A DNA stretch of 64,000 nucleotides from an uncultured delta proteobacterium (GCA_963769935.1 CAVYNY010000022.1:256001-320000), one strand, 5' to 3'. Shown: positions 1 to 10,066, counted from the stretch's first letter. The notes: generated by a model not told the origin, from the sequence alone. Translations and numbers: made by a program.

Positions 1-1
1 T

Positions 2-184
2 CATTATCCGCTGCCGCTGCATCGGCAGCCGGTATACGGTTATCTGGCATTGTCCGAGGGGGCATTGCCCGAAGCGGAGGCAGCCTGCCGGGAAGTTCTA
101 TCTCTGCCGATGTTTCCGAAAATTACACCGCCGGAAATCGAAGCAGTGGCTAAGGCCATCGGCCGGTTTTTCGAATCTCAATAA
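2..184 (+). CDS. 3' end of DegT/DnrJ/EryC1/StrS-family sugar aminotransferase (partial)
   Basis: Manual translation HYPLPLHRQPVY...PEAEAACREVLSLPMFPKIT...ESQ*, the typical C-terminus of this family; TAA at 182-184. Confidence 0.85.
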   Translation, partial: HYPLPLHRQPVYGYLALSEGALPEAEAACREVLSLPMFPKITPPEIEAVAKAIGRFFESQ

Positions 185-200
185 ACAAAGGTTTGGCAAT

Positions 201-941
201 ATGGCTAACCGAAATATAGAGATATCCGTCGTTATTCCGGTTTTCAACGAGGAAGAAAATTTAGAACCGCTGCTGGACGAGCTTTTCCCGGTCTTAAGTG
301 AAACCGGGTCCGCGTTTGAGGTCATCTGCGTAGATGATGCCAGCACCGACAACAGTTTTGCCGTGCTGCAAAGCTTAAAAGACAAATATGCGGAATTGAG
401 AATCATTCAACACCGGCTGAATTGCGGCGAAAGCGCCGCCGAGGCAACCGGCTTTGTCAATGCGCGCGGCGAATGGATTGTTACCATAGATGCGGATCAG
501 CAAAATGATCCGGCCGACATCCCGGCGCTGCTCGAGGCATCCATCAATGCGGATGCGGTGTGCGGTGTTCGCCAAACGCGTGAAGATGACTGGGTCAAGC
601 GACTTTCCTCCAGGGTTGCCAACGGGTTTCGCAACTGGGTAACCAAGGATGTAATTGCAGACGCCGGCTGCACGTTTCGGGCCATCAGAAGAGATGCACT
701 GCGCGAGGTTCCCATTTTCAACGGTATGCACCGTTTCCTGCCGACACTGCTGCGCCTGCAGGGATTTAAGGTGGTCGAAATCCCCGTCAACCATCGCCCC
801 CGAACCCGGGGGGAATCCAAATACGGAATCGGCAACCGCATGTTCCGCGGACTGGTCGATTGTTTCGCCATTTTATGGTTTCGCAAACGCTGTTTCCCCA
901 CCCGACGATTTTCTCCGCACAAAGAGGCCGCAACGACGTGA
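201..941 (+). CDS. GT2 glycosyltransferase, polyprenol-phosphate (ArnC/DPM1-like)
   Basis: SVVIPVFNEEENL, VDDASTD, TIDADQQNDPADIP, MHRFLP, HRPRTRGESKYG motifs. Confidence 0.9.
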   Translation: MANRNIEISVVIPVFNEEENLEPLLDELFPVLSETGSAFEVICVDDASTDNSFAVLQSLKDKYAELRIIQHRLNCGESAAEATGFVNARGEWIVTIDADQQNDPADIPALLEASINADAVCGVRQTREDDWVKRLSSRVANGFRNWVTKDVIADAGCTFRAIRRDALREVPIFNGMHRFLPTLLRLQGFKVVEIPVNHRPRTRGESKYGIGNRMFRGLVDCFAILWFRKRCFPTRRFSPHKEAATT

Positions 942-1705
942 AAATCATTGACCCGCTCGGCAAATCCGCCGCACAAGCAGCAGAAAAATCCGTGCCGGAA
1001 AAAAGAGAATTACGCAAAAATCTGTTCAAGGCGATATTGCTGGCTGCTTTGCTCATTACCGTGCTCGCCATTGTTCGTTTCTCCCCCCTTGCTCAACACT
1101 TCAAGGTATCCAATATGGAGGTCCTGCAGCATAAACTGTCCGAGTTCGGCAATCTGGCGCCGTTAATCTTTCTCGTCGGGGGCGCTTTGGTGATCACCCT
1201 GGGGGTGCCCCGGGCGGTAGTAAGCATTCTGGGCGGATTGGCCTTTGGTCTCTTAGGGGGTATTTTGCTGGCCTTGTTAGCCGCTCTGCTGGGCTCCAGC
1301 ATTATTTTCCTGTTGACGAAATGGCTGGGAAGGCCCTTGTTTAAACAAAAGGTCGGCGGATATTTAAAGGCCATTGAAAATCATACCAAAACGGATGGGT
1401 TTTTTATGGTGATCATCTTGCGGCAGTTACCCTTGACCAGCCTTCTGATCAATGTGTTAATCGGTCTGACCTCCATTTCCATGGGTATTTTTATTCTGGG
1501 TTCGATTGTCGGGTTATTACCCGAAATCATAATTTTTGCGCTATTCGGCAGCAGCTTGCAGGAGAGCTTTGTCCTGCGGGTATCGATCGCTTCGACGCTG
1601 TGGATTATCCTGATCCTCGCGGTCAGGTTGTTTTTTCGACGCTCGCCCCTGGCGCAGTCCATCGCCCAAAAGCTGAAGGCGATTAAATCCGGTAATGCTA
1701 ATTAA
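938..1705 (+). CDS. TVP38/TMEM64 (DedA/VTT-domain) membrane protein
   Basis: Hydrophobic ORF with VP...GGLAFG and LRQLPL motifs; GTG start at 938 overlaps the upstream TGA (GTGA). Confidence 0.8.
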   Translation: MKIIDPLGKSAAQAAEKSVPEKRELRKNLFKAILLAALLITVLAIVRFSPLAQHFKVSNMEVLQHKLSEFGNLAPLIFLVGGALVITLGVPRAVVSILGGLAFGLLGGILLALLAALLGSSIIFLLTKWLGRPLFKQKVGGYLKAIENHTKTDGFFMVIILRQLPLTSLLINVLIGLTSISMGIFILGSIVGLLPEIIIFALFGSSLQESFVLRVSIASTLWIILILAVRLFFRRSPLAQSIAQKLKAIKSGNAN

Positions 1706-1805
1706 TCTGCTCTGAAAAATAGACTCAGTCCTTTAAACAACCACGGACAAAGGACATCAGACCACATGCATTGATCGAATTCGTTCGATCTGAAAGGGTA
1801 ATCCT

Positions 1806-2780
1806 ATGAAAATCCTGCAAATTGGAACCGGGCGCTGGGGGGCCAATCATCTGAGGGTCCTGTCCAACCTGCCCGTTGAGCTTTATGTTGCCGAAACTTC
1901 TGAACCGGCCCGGCAAAAATGCCTCGAACAGGGTATCGCAAAGGATCACATTACAGATAACTATAGAGATTATCTTGAGATTGTGTCGGCAGTCGACGTG
2001 GTGACGCCGGCTTCCAGCCATTTTTCGCTGGGCCAAGAACTGCTTGAAAATGGTAAATCGGTCTTCATCGAGAAGCCTATTGCCGAGACGGCGGACGAGG
2101 CCGTTCAACTGGCCGATCTGGCTGCGGAGCGAGAGCTGGTTCTGCAGGTGGGCCATATATTTCGCTTCGATCCCGCCACGGACTTTATCAAAGCCTATCT
2201 TCAGGGCGGCGAAATGGGAGTCGTTCAATCTCTTACCGGCATATTTTCAGGATTCAAACGGCCGCGGGCTGACGGCGGTGTCGTCATTTCAGATGCCATT
2301 CATTTTATAGATTTATTCAACTACGTGCTGGAGGCCGTACCGAATAAAGTCTTGGCCCGTTGTGAAGATTTGCTGGGAAGAGGGATGGATGACATGTCCT
2401 GGGTCTGGATGGATTATGACGGCATACCGGCCCTGGTGGAGGCCAACTATTTTTCGCCCGAGAAAAAACGCCTGATTACCATCAATGGTGACCGCGCCAC
2501 GCTGGTGTGTGATTTTACATCGTCGCAGGATAAGGTAAAAATTTACCGCAACCAGCATATCTTAGACCACGACACCTGGAAATCGGTCAGCGGAGAAATC
2601 ATCAACCAGGAGATTTCCCTGGCCGAGCCGCTTTTCCTGGAATTAAAGGAATTTATCGATTGCGTCCTGAACCGCACCAGACCGCGGGCCGATGCCCGGG
2701 CCGGGGTGGACGCCATGAAAGTGGTGGAGGCGGCCATGCGGTCACATGCCGGGGACAAGGCCATCGACCTCCAGTCCTAA
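1806..2780 (+). CDS. Gfo/Idh/MocA-family oxidoreductase
   Basis: GTGRWG Rossmann motif, VFIEKPIA, VGHIFRF, DAIHFID. Confidence 0.9.
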   Translation: MKILQIGTGRWGANHLRVLSNLPVELYVAETSEPARQKCLEQGIAKDHITDNYRDYLEIVSAVDVVTPASSHFSLGQELLENGKSVFIEKPIAETADEAVQLADLAAERELVLQVGHIFRFDPATDFIKAYLQGGEMGVVQSLTGIFSGFKRPRADGGVVISDAIHFIDLFNYVLEAVPNKVLARCEDLLGRGMDDMSWVWMDYDGIPALVEANYFSPEKKRLITINGDRATLVCDFTSSQDKVKIYRNQHILDHDTWKSVSGEIINQEISLAEPLFLELKEFIDCVLNRTRPRADARAGVDAMKVVEAAMRSHAGDKAIDLQS

Positions 2781-2795
2781 TATTCATAGGATGCG

Positions 2796-2824
2796 TTGAC
2801 ACGGGATGGTCTAGTATTTATCCT
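2796..2824 (+). promoter_or_regulatory. Candidate sigma70 promoter
   Basis: TTGACA-17 bp-TATCCT upstream of the lipoprotein gene. Confidence 0.5.
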
Positions 2825-2882
2825 AGCGGTAATTGCAATAAAAAGAAAAGATTTTTACTAACATTGAAAGTCTGGTTTTCCC

Positions 2883-2945
2883 TCTCTCCGAGCTGTAGGC
2901 TCTACGAGCAGGAAGCCGGGCTGTAAGCCTACGGGCAGGAAGCCG
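2883..2945. repeat. Two tandem REP-like hairpin units
   Basis: ccgagctgtaggctctacgagcaggaagc followed by cgggctgtaagcctacgggcaggaagc; a related unit lies inside murD at about 44651-44683. Confidence 0.6.
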
Positions 2946-2998
2946 CGCCGGAATTCCTGCGGTGACAGCGGTCACCAAAATTAAAGGATTAAAATTCG

Positions 2999-3538
2999 AT
3001 GAAAACAGGCAGAGGGTCGGCAAAATTGATTGTTCAATTGAGTATTTGTTTTCTGCTGGCGGCCCTGGCAGCGGGCTGTGCGGGGAATTACGGCCGCTAT
3101 AAACTTGATGCTGAAGTCTTGCAGAGCTTTAAAGACAACCAGGTTCCGCCGGACTACAAATACTATTACTACGGTTTTGATACCAACCCCTATGCCGTGG
3201 TCGGGGTTGAAAAAAAATATAATGCCGGCTCCAACCTGTGGCGCGAAGTCGAGCCCAATTCCGAAAAATTCAAGAATATGATTCGCTGGATGTGGGCCGA
3301 TTACGGCTATTCCCCCTATGCGGCCCGAATTTTGGATCCATCCGGCAATCCGGTCGGGGTGTTGTACACGAGCATACGAGAAGTCGCCATTAAGTTTAGC
3401 GGCGATAATCGCATTATTGTAATGTTGAATACCCCTTTTCTCTGGGGACCGGCCGTAAATAATAACCCTCCCGGCCACTACGGAAGCATCGATTCAATCC
3501 ATACGCTGGCAGACCTCCGGCAGGATTCCCACCCTTAA
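2999..3538 (+). CDS. Hypothetical lipoprotein
   Basis: Signal peptide ending in lipobox LAAGC. Confidence 0.75.
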   Translation: MKTGRGSAKLIVQLSICFLLAALAAGCAGNYGRYKLDAEVLQSFKDNQVPPDYKYYYYGFDTNPYAVVGVEKKYNAGSNLWREVEPNSEKFKNMIRWMWADYGYSPYAARILDPSGNPVGVLYTSIREVAIKFSGDNRIIVMLNTPFLWGPAVNNNPPGHYGSIDSIHTLADLRQDSHP

Positions 3539-3665
3539 CATCAAGGCGTATCGCAAGGCCGCCGCTCACGCCATCGACGGGGCTGCGGCCGTGCGAAGTT
3601 GCGTAAATACCCCTGATATCAGAAGCTTCGTTTCCAAATGCCTCGGCTCTCAGTCCGGAGACTCA

Positions 3666-3809
3666 GGGCTCACTCAGAAATAACCTCACATTCTCGTTTT
3701 AAATTAAAGTTTTCACCGGTTTTGCCGATTAAATTTAAGACCTGGCTCAACAGCAGATCCGGTAAATATAAGGATATGAAGTAAACGAAGCGCAAATTCG
3801 GTCGGGCCC
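3666..3809. mobile_element. Possible divergent MITE sharing the left end of the 156-bp family
   Basis: Begins gggctcactcagaaataacctcacatt, ends gggccc, flanked by TCA on both sides. Confidence 0.4.
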
Positions 3810-3895
3810 TCAAGAAAAACGATCCCTTATTTGAATGTTTAGGGAGTGAGGACACTCGCTTTAATCAACATCTTATGTGGGAAATAAAATAAACG

Positions 3896-5536
3896 ATGAA
3901 TATGGCAAAACCGAACAATCTTATCCTAGGAAAATCCGGGAAGAATGACGGCCGCATTGGTGTTTTTGACCGCCGAGCCGCCGAGTTGACCGAATTATTG
4001 AGGGCGTGTCGAGACCTCAGTGATATTTTAAATTCCGATGAGCTTTATGCAGCATTTGTCGGGATTATCAGACATAAATTCGGGATTGCCAAGCTGGCAT
4101 TATTCGCCTTTGACCCGGAAAAAGAGACTTTTGAGCTGGTTTTCAGCTCCGGATTGGGAAAGTTGGAATATAAATTTAAAACCGGAAAGGAAAATTTATG
4201 GCAAACGATTTTGCAGGGAAAACCATTTGCCGTCGTAGACGGTTCAGGGAATCCTCTTTTCGCCAAGTTCCTGGAAAAACAGGACTTAAAGATTTTGCCC
4301 TCCGAGCTGTGGGTTCCGCTGGTCATGCGTAATGAGGTAATGGGAATTTTAACGATGGGAGACAAATCCGAAGGACATCCCTTTGACGATTTCGATCTCT
4401 ATTTTCTGCAGCAGATTACAGCCCAGGCTGCCGTTTCCATAAACACTTGCCGCATGTACGAGCGCCGTCGAAAAGAGAAAGAAGATTTGGACAACACCCT
4501 TCAAAACCTGTCGCTGCTCTACGGCATCGGCAAGGCGATGAACTACATCAGTGATCTCAAAAAGCTTCTGCAGTACATCCTGAAACAGGCGATTGATATC
4601 GCCGCGGCCGAAAAGGGCTCGCTTATGTTATACGACATTGAATCCGATCGTTTAAACATTCGGGTCCTGGCCGGGCTGGGGGATGTCGAATATCAGGACA
4701 AGGTCAATAACAACGAAATCAAATGCCGCAGTTTCAAACCGGGCGAAGGCATTGCCGGACGTGTTTTTTTAAACGCCCAGCCCATGATTGTAAATAATAT
4801 TCGCGATGACAGCCTGTTCATCGAGTCTGAAACCTCCTATGTTCGGTCCATTGCCTGTATCCCTATGGTCGTTTACAACGATGTCATCGGTGTCATCAAT
4901 GTAACCAACAAAAAAAACGGCAAAGAATTTACCGGCCTGGACATAAAGATGTTGAAAGCCGTTGCGGATCAGGCGGCGGTGGCCGTCAACAAAGCCCAGC
5001 TGTGGGATATGGCGGTTACGGATTCTCTAACCGGTCTGTATGTACGCCGCTATTTCATGGTCAAGCTGCAGGAGGAGATTCATCGGGCCGAACGATACGA
5101 CAAGATAATTTCAGTCATTATGGCGGATCTGGATCGGTTTAAAGATATCAACGACACCTATGGCCATGATGTCGGTGATCGGGCATTGGAAGCCATCAGC
5201 CAGTTTCTGCAAAAAAACATCAGAGATGTGGATACCATCGCCCGTTACGGCGGCGAAGAATTCGTTATGCTGATCCCGGATGCGGATAAGGAATCCGCCT
5301 TCAGCCTGGCCGAAAGGCTTCGCGAAGAACTTGCCCGGGTCAACCTCGACAACCTGCCGCCAATTACCATCAGTCTGGGAATTGCGACTTATCCCGCAGA
5401 CGGCACAGACATTGACGACCTGATAAAAAAAGCGGATGCTGCCATGTATGCCGCCAAAAAGGCCGGCCGCAACAATTCGGTAAAATACTCTGAAAATATA
5501 GGGCATGGGGCAAAGGGCAAGAAGGTAAGAGGGTAA
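3896..5536 (+). CDS. Diguanylate cyclase with two GAF domains
   Basis: DSLTGL, DLDRFKDINDTYGHDVGD, RxxD I-site (RDVD) and GGEEF active site; two GAF-like segments. Confidence 0.93.
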   Translation: MNMAKPNNLILGKSGKNDGRIGVFDRRAAELTELLRACRDLSDILNSDELYAAFVGIIRHKFGIAKLALFAFDPEKETFELVFSSGLGKLEYKFKTGKENLWQTILQGKPFAVVDGSGNPLFAKFLEKQDLKILPSELWVPLVMRNEVMGILTMGDKSEGHPFDDFDLYFLQQITAQAAVSINTCRMYERRRKEKEDLDNTLQNLSLLYGIGKAMNYISDLKKLLQYILKQAIDIAAAEKGSLMLYDIESDRLNIRVLAGLGDVEYQDKVNNNEIKCRSFKPGEGIAGRVFLNAQPMIVNNIRDDSLFIESETSYVRSIACIPMVVYNDVIGVINVTNKKNGKEFTGLDIKMLKAVADQAAVAVNKAQLWDMAVTDSLTGLYVRRYFMVKLQEEIHRAERYDKIISVIMADLDRFKDINDTYGHDVGDRALEAISQFLQKNIRDVDTIARYGGEEFVMLIPDADKESAFSLAERLREELARVNLDNLPPITISLGIATYPADGTDIDDLIKKADAAMYAAKKAGRNNSVKYSENIGHGAKGKKVRG

Positions 5537-5690
5537 GTGGTTGATAAGGGAGGAAAGCTGATAAGCTCGTAAGCTCTTAAGTTCGTGAGTAACAATTGGA
5601 TGATTTTTCACTCAACTAATCAACACAATCAACACAATCAACACAATCAATTCAATCAACTCGATGAACTCAACAAACTCAATAAACTCA
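5501..5690. repeat. Polarised short-tandem-repeat mosaic
   Basis: gggcatg-type 7-mers, gaaggtaa and taagctcg 8-mers, then tcaacacaa 9-mers. Confidence 0.85.
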
Positions 5691-5912
5691 CATTAACCTT
5701 TCCTTTTTTTAGCATATCTATTACAATTTCACTTGTATCCGATTTCCGGGCCTGATATTGAGCTTCTCATAAATTCGCCATTCTATGTTGAATAATTATT
5801 GAATTCTGTCTTATAGATTGTCTTGCGCTCAACGCCTTTAGAGAGGCTTTCAAAAAACGGGACGCCTCAAATATTCAATATTCAATTTTCAATTTTTTTA
5901 CCGGGAGGTCAT

Positions 5913-7262
5913 ATGACGGACATAATGGATGTTATAAAAGAAAGAGACCCACAGGAAAGAGAATTTCATCAGGCGGTTCATGAAGTCGTGGAATCCGTCA
6001 AGCCGGTTTTGGATCAGAATCCGATTTATCGGCAGGCGAAGATTCCGCAAAGACTGGTGGAGCCCGAACGGGTCATCATGTTTCGGGTGCCGTGGATGGA
6101 CGATCAGGGTAATGTTCAAATCAACCGCGGCTTTCGCATCGAAATGAACAGTTCCCTGGGACCCTACAAAGGCGGGCTGCGGTTTCATCCGTCGGTTAAC
6201 CTCGGCATTCTGAAGTTTCTGGCATTTGAGCAGACCTTTAAAAATGCCCTGACCACCCTGCCGATGGGCGGCGGAAAAGGTGGCTCCGATTTTGATCCCA
6301 AGGGCAAATCCGACAACGAAGTGATGCGCTTTTGCCAGAGCTTTATGTGTGAGCTTTTTCGGCATATCGGCCCGAACACGGACGTGCCCGCTGGAGACAT
6401 CGGTGTCGGCGCCAGGGAAATCGGATATCTCTTCGGAATGTATAAAAAGCTGCGCAATGAATTTACGGGGGTTTTGACCGGCAAAGGTCTGAACTGGGGC
6501 GGCAGCCTGATCCGTCCGGAAGCCACCGGCTACGGTTCGGTCTATTTTGCCGCTGAAATGCTGGCGACCCGCAACGAAACCCTGGAAGGAAAAACCTGCC
6601 TGGTTTCAGGCTCCGGCAACGTGGCTCAATTCACCGCCGAAAAGCTCATTGAATTGGGTGGCAGGCCGGTGACCTTATCAGACTCCTCAGGGTATATTTA
6701 TGATGAAAGCGGCCTGAATGGAGAAAAGCTCGAGTATGTGAAAATCCTCAAAAATGTCCGTCGCGGACGCATTTCTGAATATGCCGACAAATATTCCTCG
6801 GCCATATACACACCGGTTGATCCGGCATTGGACCACAATCCCCTCTGGAACCATAAAGCCGACTGTGCTTTTCCCAGTGCCACCCAAAATGAAATCAACG
6901 GCCAGGATGCCCAAAACCTGATAAACAACGGCATCATCATGGTCTGTGAAGGCGCCAACATGCCGACGGTGCCCGAGGGAATCGACATTTTCAAGGATCA
7001 CAAGATCCTATACGGACCGGGCAAGGCGGCCAATGCCGGCGGGGTTTCGGTTTCCGGTTTGGAGATGACCCAAAACAGCATGCGGCTGGTCTGGACGCGC
7101 GAAGAAGTCGACAACCGCCTAAAGCTTATCATGAAAACCATTCATCGCACCTGCGTGGATGCCGCCGAGCGGTACGGGGCAGCGGGCAATTATGAGGCGG
7201 GCGCCAATATCGCCGGTTTTGTGAAGGTTGTGGATGCCATGCTGGATCAGGGGCTGGTGTAG
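5913..7262 (+). CDS. gdhA: NADP-specific glutamate dehydrogenase
   Basis: GPYKGGLRFHPSVN, GGGKGGSDFDPKGKS, DVPAGDIGVG, RPEATGYG; GGAGG RBS before ATG 5913. Confidence 0.97.
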   Translation: MTDIMDVIKERDPQEREFHQAVHEVVESVKPVLDQNPIYRQAKIPQRLVEPERVIMFRVPWMDDQGNVQINRGFRIEMNSSLGPYKGGLRFHPSVNLGILKFLAFEQTFKNALTTLPMGGGKGGSDFDPKGKSDNEVMRFCQSFMCELFRHIGPNTDVPAGDIGVGAREIGYLFGMYKKLRNEFTGVLTGKGLNWGGSLIRPEATGYGSVYFAAEMLATRNETLEGKTCLVSGSGNVAQFTAEKLIELGGRPVTLSDSSGYIYDESGLNGEKLEYVKILKNVRRGRISEYADKYSSAIYTPVDPALDHNPLWNHKADCAFPSATQNEINGQDAQNLINNGIIMVCEGANMPTVPEGIDIFKDHKILYGPGKAANAGGVSVSGLEMTQNSMRLVWTREEVDNRLKLIMKTIHRTCVDAAERYGAAGNYEAGANIAGFVKVVDAMLDQGLV

Positions 7263-7393
7263 GAAGGTTAAAGGTCAAAGGCAAAAGGCTAAAGGATCCG
7301 GCAAAGGGTATGGCGCGTGGTGCATAGAGCTGAGGGCAAAGGGCAGGGGAAAAATGCCTAAATTGCCTAAAGTGAACTAAAATGCCTAAAATT
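7263..7393. repeat. Short-tandem-repeat mosaic
   Basis: aaaggNN 7-mers, gggcaaa/gcataga 7-mers, tgcctaaaN 9-mers. Confidence 0.8.
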
Positions 7394-7559
7394 TAAATTA
7401 GGATCAGATCTATTTTTAATCTACCACGTCTAACTGCATTGTCCGCAAGGTTTAGAAAACCCCAAAAATATTCCAAACAAAAATGTTGGGTCGGCCATCG
7501 GGTCGACCCTTTGCTTTAATACAGGGTCGACAGCCGAAACGCTCTTTTTTGATAAACCC

Positions 7560-8213
7560 ATGTCTAATGTGTTGATAATCATTTTGGCGGTCATTCTGCT
7601 GGCCGGACTGCTGTATTTTGAGAAAAAGGGCAACCAGAAGGGCAGGCTGTCCACCAAAACCATCCTTTCGTGTCTCTTCATTTGCACCGCCCTGGTTCAG
7701 GCGCATCCGATTCCCGGCTACTACCATATATTGCTGCTTGGTCTGATATTTTGCCTCGGCGGCGATGTTTTCCTGGCATTGCCGCAGGACAGAATGTTCC
7801 TCATGGGGCTGGTGTCTTTTTTACTGGGCCACGTATTTTATGTGATCTGCTTTTTTTATGTCGCCGATGTCAGTCAATGGACCTGGATCGGTTGCCTGGC
7901 CGCATCGACGGTAAGCGCGCTGGTATTTTACCGGCTGCGGCCGCATCTGGGGGACATGCTGATCCCGGTCATCGCCTACATTGTCGTGATTACCGTGATG
8001 GTTGTCGGGGCCTGGACGGTGCGGAGCGATGCCGGATTGAATTATACCGGCCGGCTGCTGGTATTTGTCGGCGCCGTGAGCTTTTATCTTTCCGATCTGT
8101 TTGTGGCCCGGGACCGGTTCTTAAAATCAGAATTTGCCAACCGCCTTTTCGGTCTGCCCATTTACTACTCCGGTCAGTTTTTGCTGGCGTTTTCAGTGGG
8201 CCTTATAAAATAG
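7560..8213 (+). CDS. YhhN-family (lysoplasmalogenase-like) membrane protein
   Basis: GDVFL, GLVSFLLGHVFY, FYLSDLFVA, YYSGQ motifs. Confidence 0.88.
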   Translation: MSNVLIIILAVILLAGLLYFEKKGNQKGRLSTKTILSCLFICTALVQAHPIPGYYHILLLGLIFCLGGDVFLALPQDRMFLMGLVSFLLGHVFYVICFFYVADVSQWTWIGCLAASTVSALVFYRLRPHLGDMLIPVIAYIVVITVMVVGAWTVRSDAGLNYTGRLLVFVGAVSFYLSDLFVARDRFLKSEFANRLFGLPIYYSGQFLLAFSVGLIK

Positions 8214-8303
8214 AACTTTTTTCAATATTCTTGACTTAATAATACATTTACGCGTATTTAAATAGAAAACCATCATTTACAATTCGAAATCGAACTGATT
8301 TTT

Positions 8304-8624
8304 ATGAATCAAAATAATCTGCAAATAATTAAAGAACTGAAGCGTCTGCTATTGAAGAAATTTAGCTTTGTTTCAAAAATTATTTTATTCGGATCTCAGG
8401 CTTCCAAAGAGATTTCAAGAAGTTCAGATTTCGATATACTTATCATTGTACGCCATGATATTTCCTGGAGACAGAAGAGAGAAATTGTGGATGAAATATA
8501 TTCAATTGATCTTAAGTACAATATACTGACAGACGTTAAAATAATTTCAGAACCACAATTAAATACATTAAGGGGAAAACAACCTTTTATCCAAAATGCG
8601 CTCAAGGAGGGAATTGCTGCATGA
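8304..8624 (+). CDS. Minimal nucleotidyltransferase (MNT) antitoxin-like protein
   Basis: LFGSQAS...SSDFDIL (GS-x10-DxD); low GC; ATGA overlap with the HEPN gene. Confidence 0.88.
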   Translation: MNQNNLQIIKELKRLLLKKFSFVSKIILFGSQASKEISRSSDFDILIIVRHDISWRQKREIVDEIYSIDLKYNILTDVKIISEPQLNTLRGKQPFIQNALKEGIAA

Positions 8625-9007
8625 AAGATGAGGATAGAAAAGCACTCATCAAACATCGCATTTCGAAAGCAAATGATGCTATTCGAGATGTTGAATTCCT
8701 GATCAAGAGTAAAAAGCCTTTGCTTGCGATTAACAGAATCTATTACGGGATTTTTTATATATTATCAGCGTTATCCTTAAAACATGATTATCAAACCTCA
8801 AAACATCAACAACTGATTGGGTGGTTCAATAAAGAATTTGTTGCCTCCGGCAAGTTGGACCCAAAATATGGTAAGATAATTCATAATGCATATAAGAATC
8901 GGTCAACAGGTGATTATGACGATTTTGCGGAGTTTGATGAGGAGGAGGTCAAGGACTCTTTTGAAGAGATGAAGGAATTCATTGCTGCTGTTCGAGCAAT
9001 GTTGTAA
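8621..9007 (+). CDS. HEPN-domain protein, partner of MNT
   Basis: NRIYYGIF, SKH, RSTGDY motifs; 128 aa. Confidence 0.88.
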   Translation: MKDEDRKALIKHRISKANDAIRDVEFLIKSKKPLLAINRIYYGIFYILSALSLKHDYQTSKHQQLIGWFNKEFVASGKLDPKYGKIIHNAYKNRSTGDYDDFAEFDEEEVKDSFEEMKEFIAAVRAML

Positions 9008-9013
9008 ATCAAC

Positions 9014-9988
9014 TCAACTATTTTTATTCAAACAGCACTTTTTATATTTTTTCCCACTGCCGCAGGGGCAAGGATCATTTCTGCCGACTTTCGGCGAATC
9101 TCTTTTAAACGGAACTACCTTTCCGCCCTCCTCAAGCGTCCCTCGTGATTTATTCTTTTTATAATTGGCCGCCAGTTCGTTTAGTTCTTTTTGCCTGGCT
9201 TTTTGTCTTTCTTCTTGTTCTTTTCGTTTTCCGAAAATATCCGGCATTTCTGGAATATTCACATTATGGATTATGCTGAGACATTCCAGATCATCCCCTA
9301 TGTAAGTTGCATCATTTTCATTGGCATAAACATGCTGCAATTTTTCAATCCCTCGAGGATCACCAATGCCTCGCAAACAACCAGCAAACAATTCATATGA
9401 ATCCATATCATAGTTTTCGTCCTCCCATCTCTGCAAAGCAAGATCATAGGCCTCAGAATAAGGAAGATACTCAAGAATTGAAAAGCTTTGCCAGTCGTCT
9501 AATTCTTTGTTTTTAATTGCAGCAAGAATAACTTCGTCTGCGGACTCATCCAGTGCATTCATTGATCTAATCGCATCACTGTAAATATAATCCATTCTGT
9601 TCTCGTTGTCGATTTTTCCAAGATATTCTAAAATACCCCAAAAAGCTTCTGCACTTTTAACAGATGAAAAATATTCGAGCATCACATCGATGGCTGGTTC
9701 ATAAAACTTATTTCCCAGAGCTATTGCACAGTTACTGGGGATATTACCGTGATCCTTTTTAAAACTATCTAAGATAGCCGGTGCGTGCTGAAAAGCTTCA
9801 TGCATCGCAAGATATCTTGGAGCAGCGCATGCCAAATGCTCGACCTCATCGCCAATAAGGATACTTACTTCGTCTGTGTACCTGTTCGGATAATGGTTCT
9901 CTATAGCTGCGAAAGCCCAGCACCGGACTATTTTATTTTGATGGGATAGATGATTTACATAGTCTTCATAATTCCAGAGTTTACTCAT
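9014..9988 (-). CDS. Helical-repeat protein with C-terminal SEC-C motif
   Basis: [20 protein letters not shown] at the C-terminus; low GC. Confidence 0.85.
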   Translation of the reverse strand: MSKLWNYEDYVNHLSHQNKIVRCWAFAAIENHYPNRYTDEVSILIGDEVEHLACAAPRYLAMHEAFQHAPAILDSFKKDHGNIPSNCAIALGNKFYEPAIDVMLEYFSSVKSAEAFWGILEYLGKIDNENRMDYIYSDAIRSMNALDESADEVILAAIKNKELDDWQSFSILEYLPYSEAYDLALQRWEDENYDMDSYELFAGCLRGIGDPRGIEKLQHVYANENDATYIGDDLECLSIIHNVNIPEMPDIFGKRKEQEERQKARQKELNELAANYKKNKSRGTLEEGGKVVPFKRDSPKVGRNDPCPCGSGKKYKKCCLNKNS

Positions 9989-10066
9989 ATTGTTTCCTAT
10001 TCCTGCGATATTTGTTGGTCCAGTCTAAAGATTATAAGTAAATGCCATGGTTTCAAACATTTCGAT

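Noticed and set aside
5823..5912. N-terminal extension of GdhA in the ORF track (likewise MurG 42737-42907)
   Set aside because: Extensions run through repeat DNA; better starts lie downstream
7491..7550. gtcgaccct/agggtcgac hairpin as a riboswitch
   Set aside because: No recognisable aptamer; may be a terminator but the T-run is displaced
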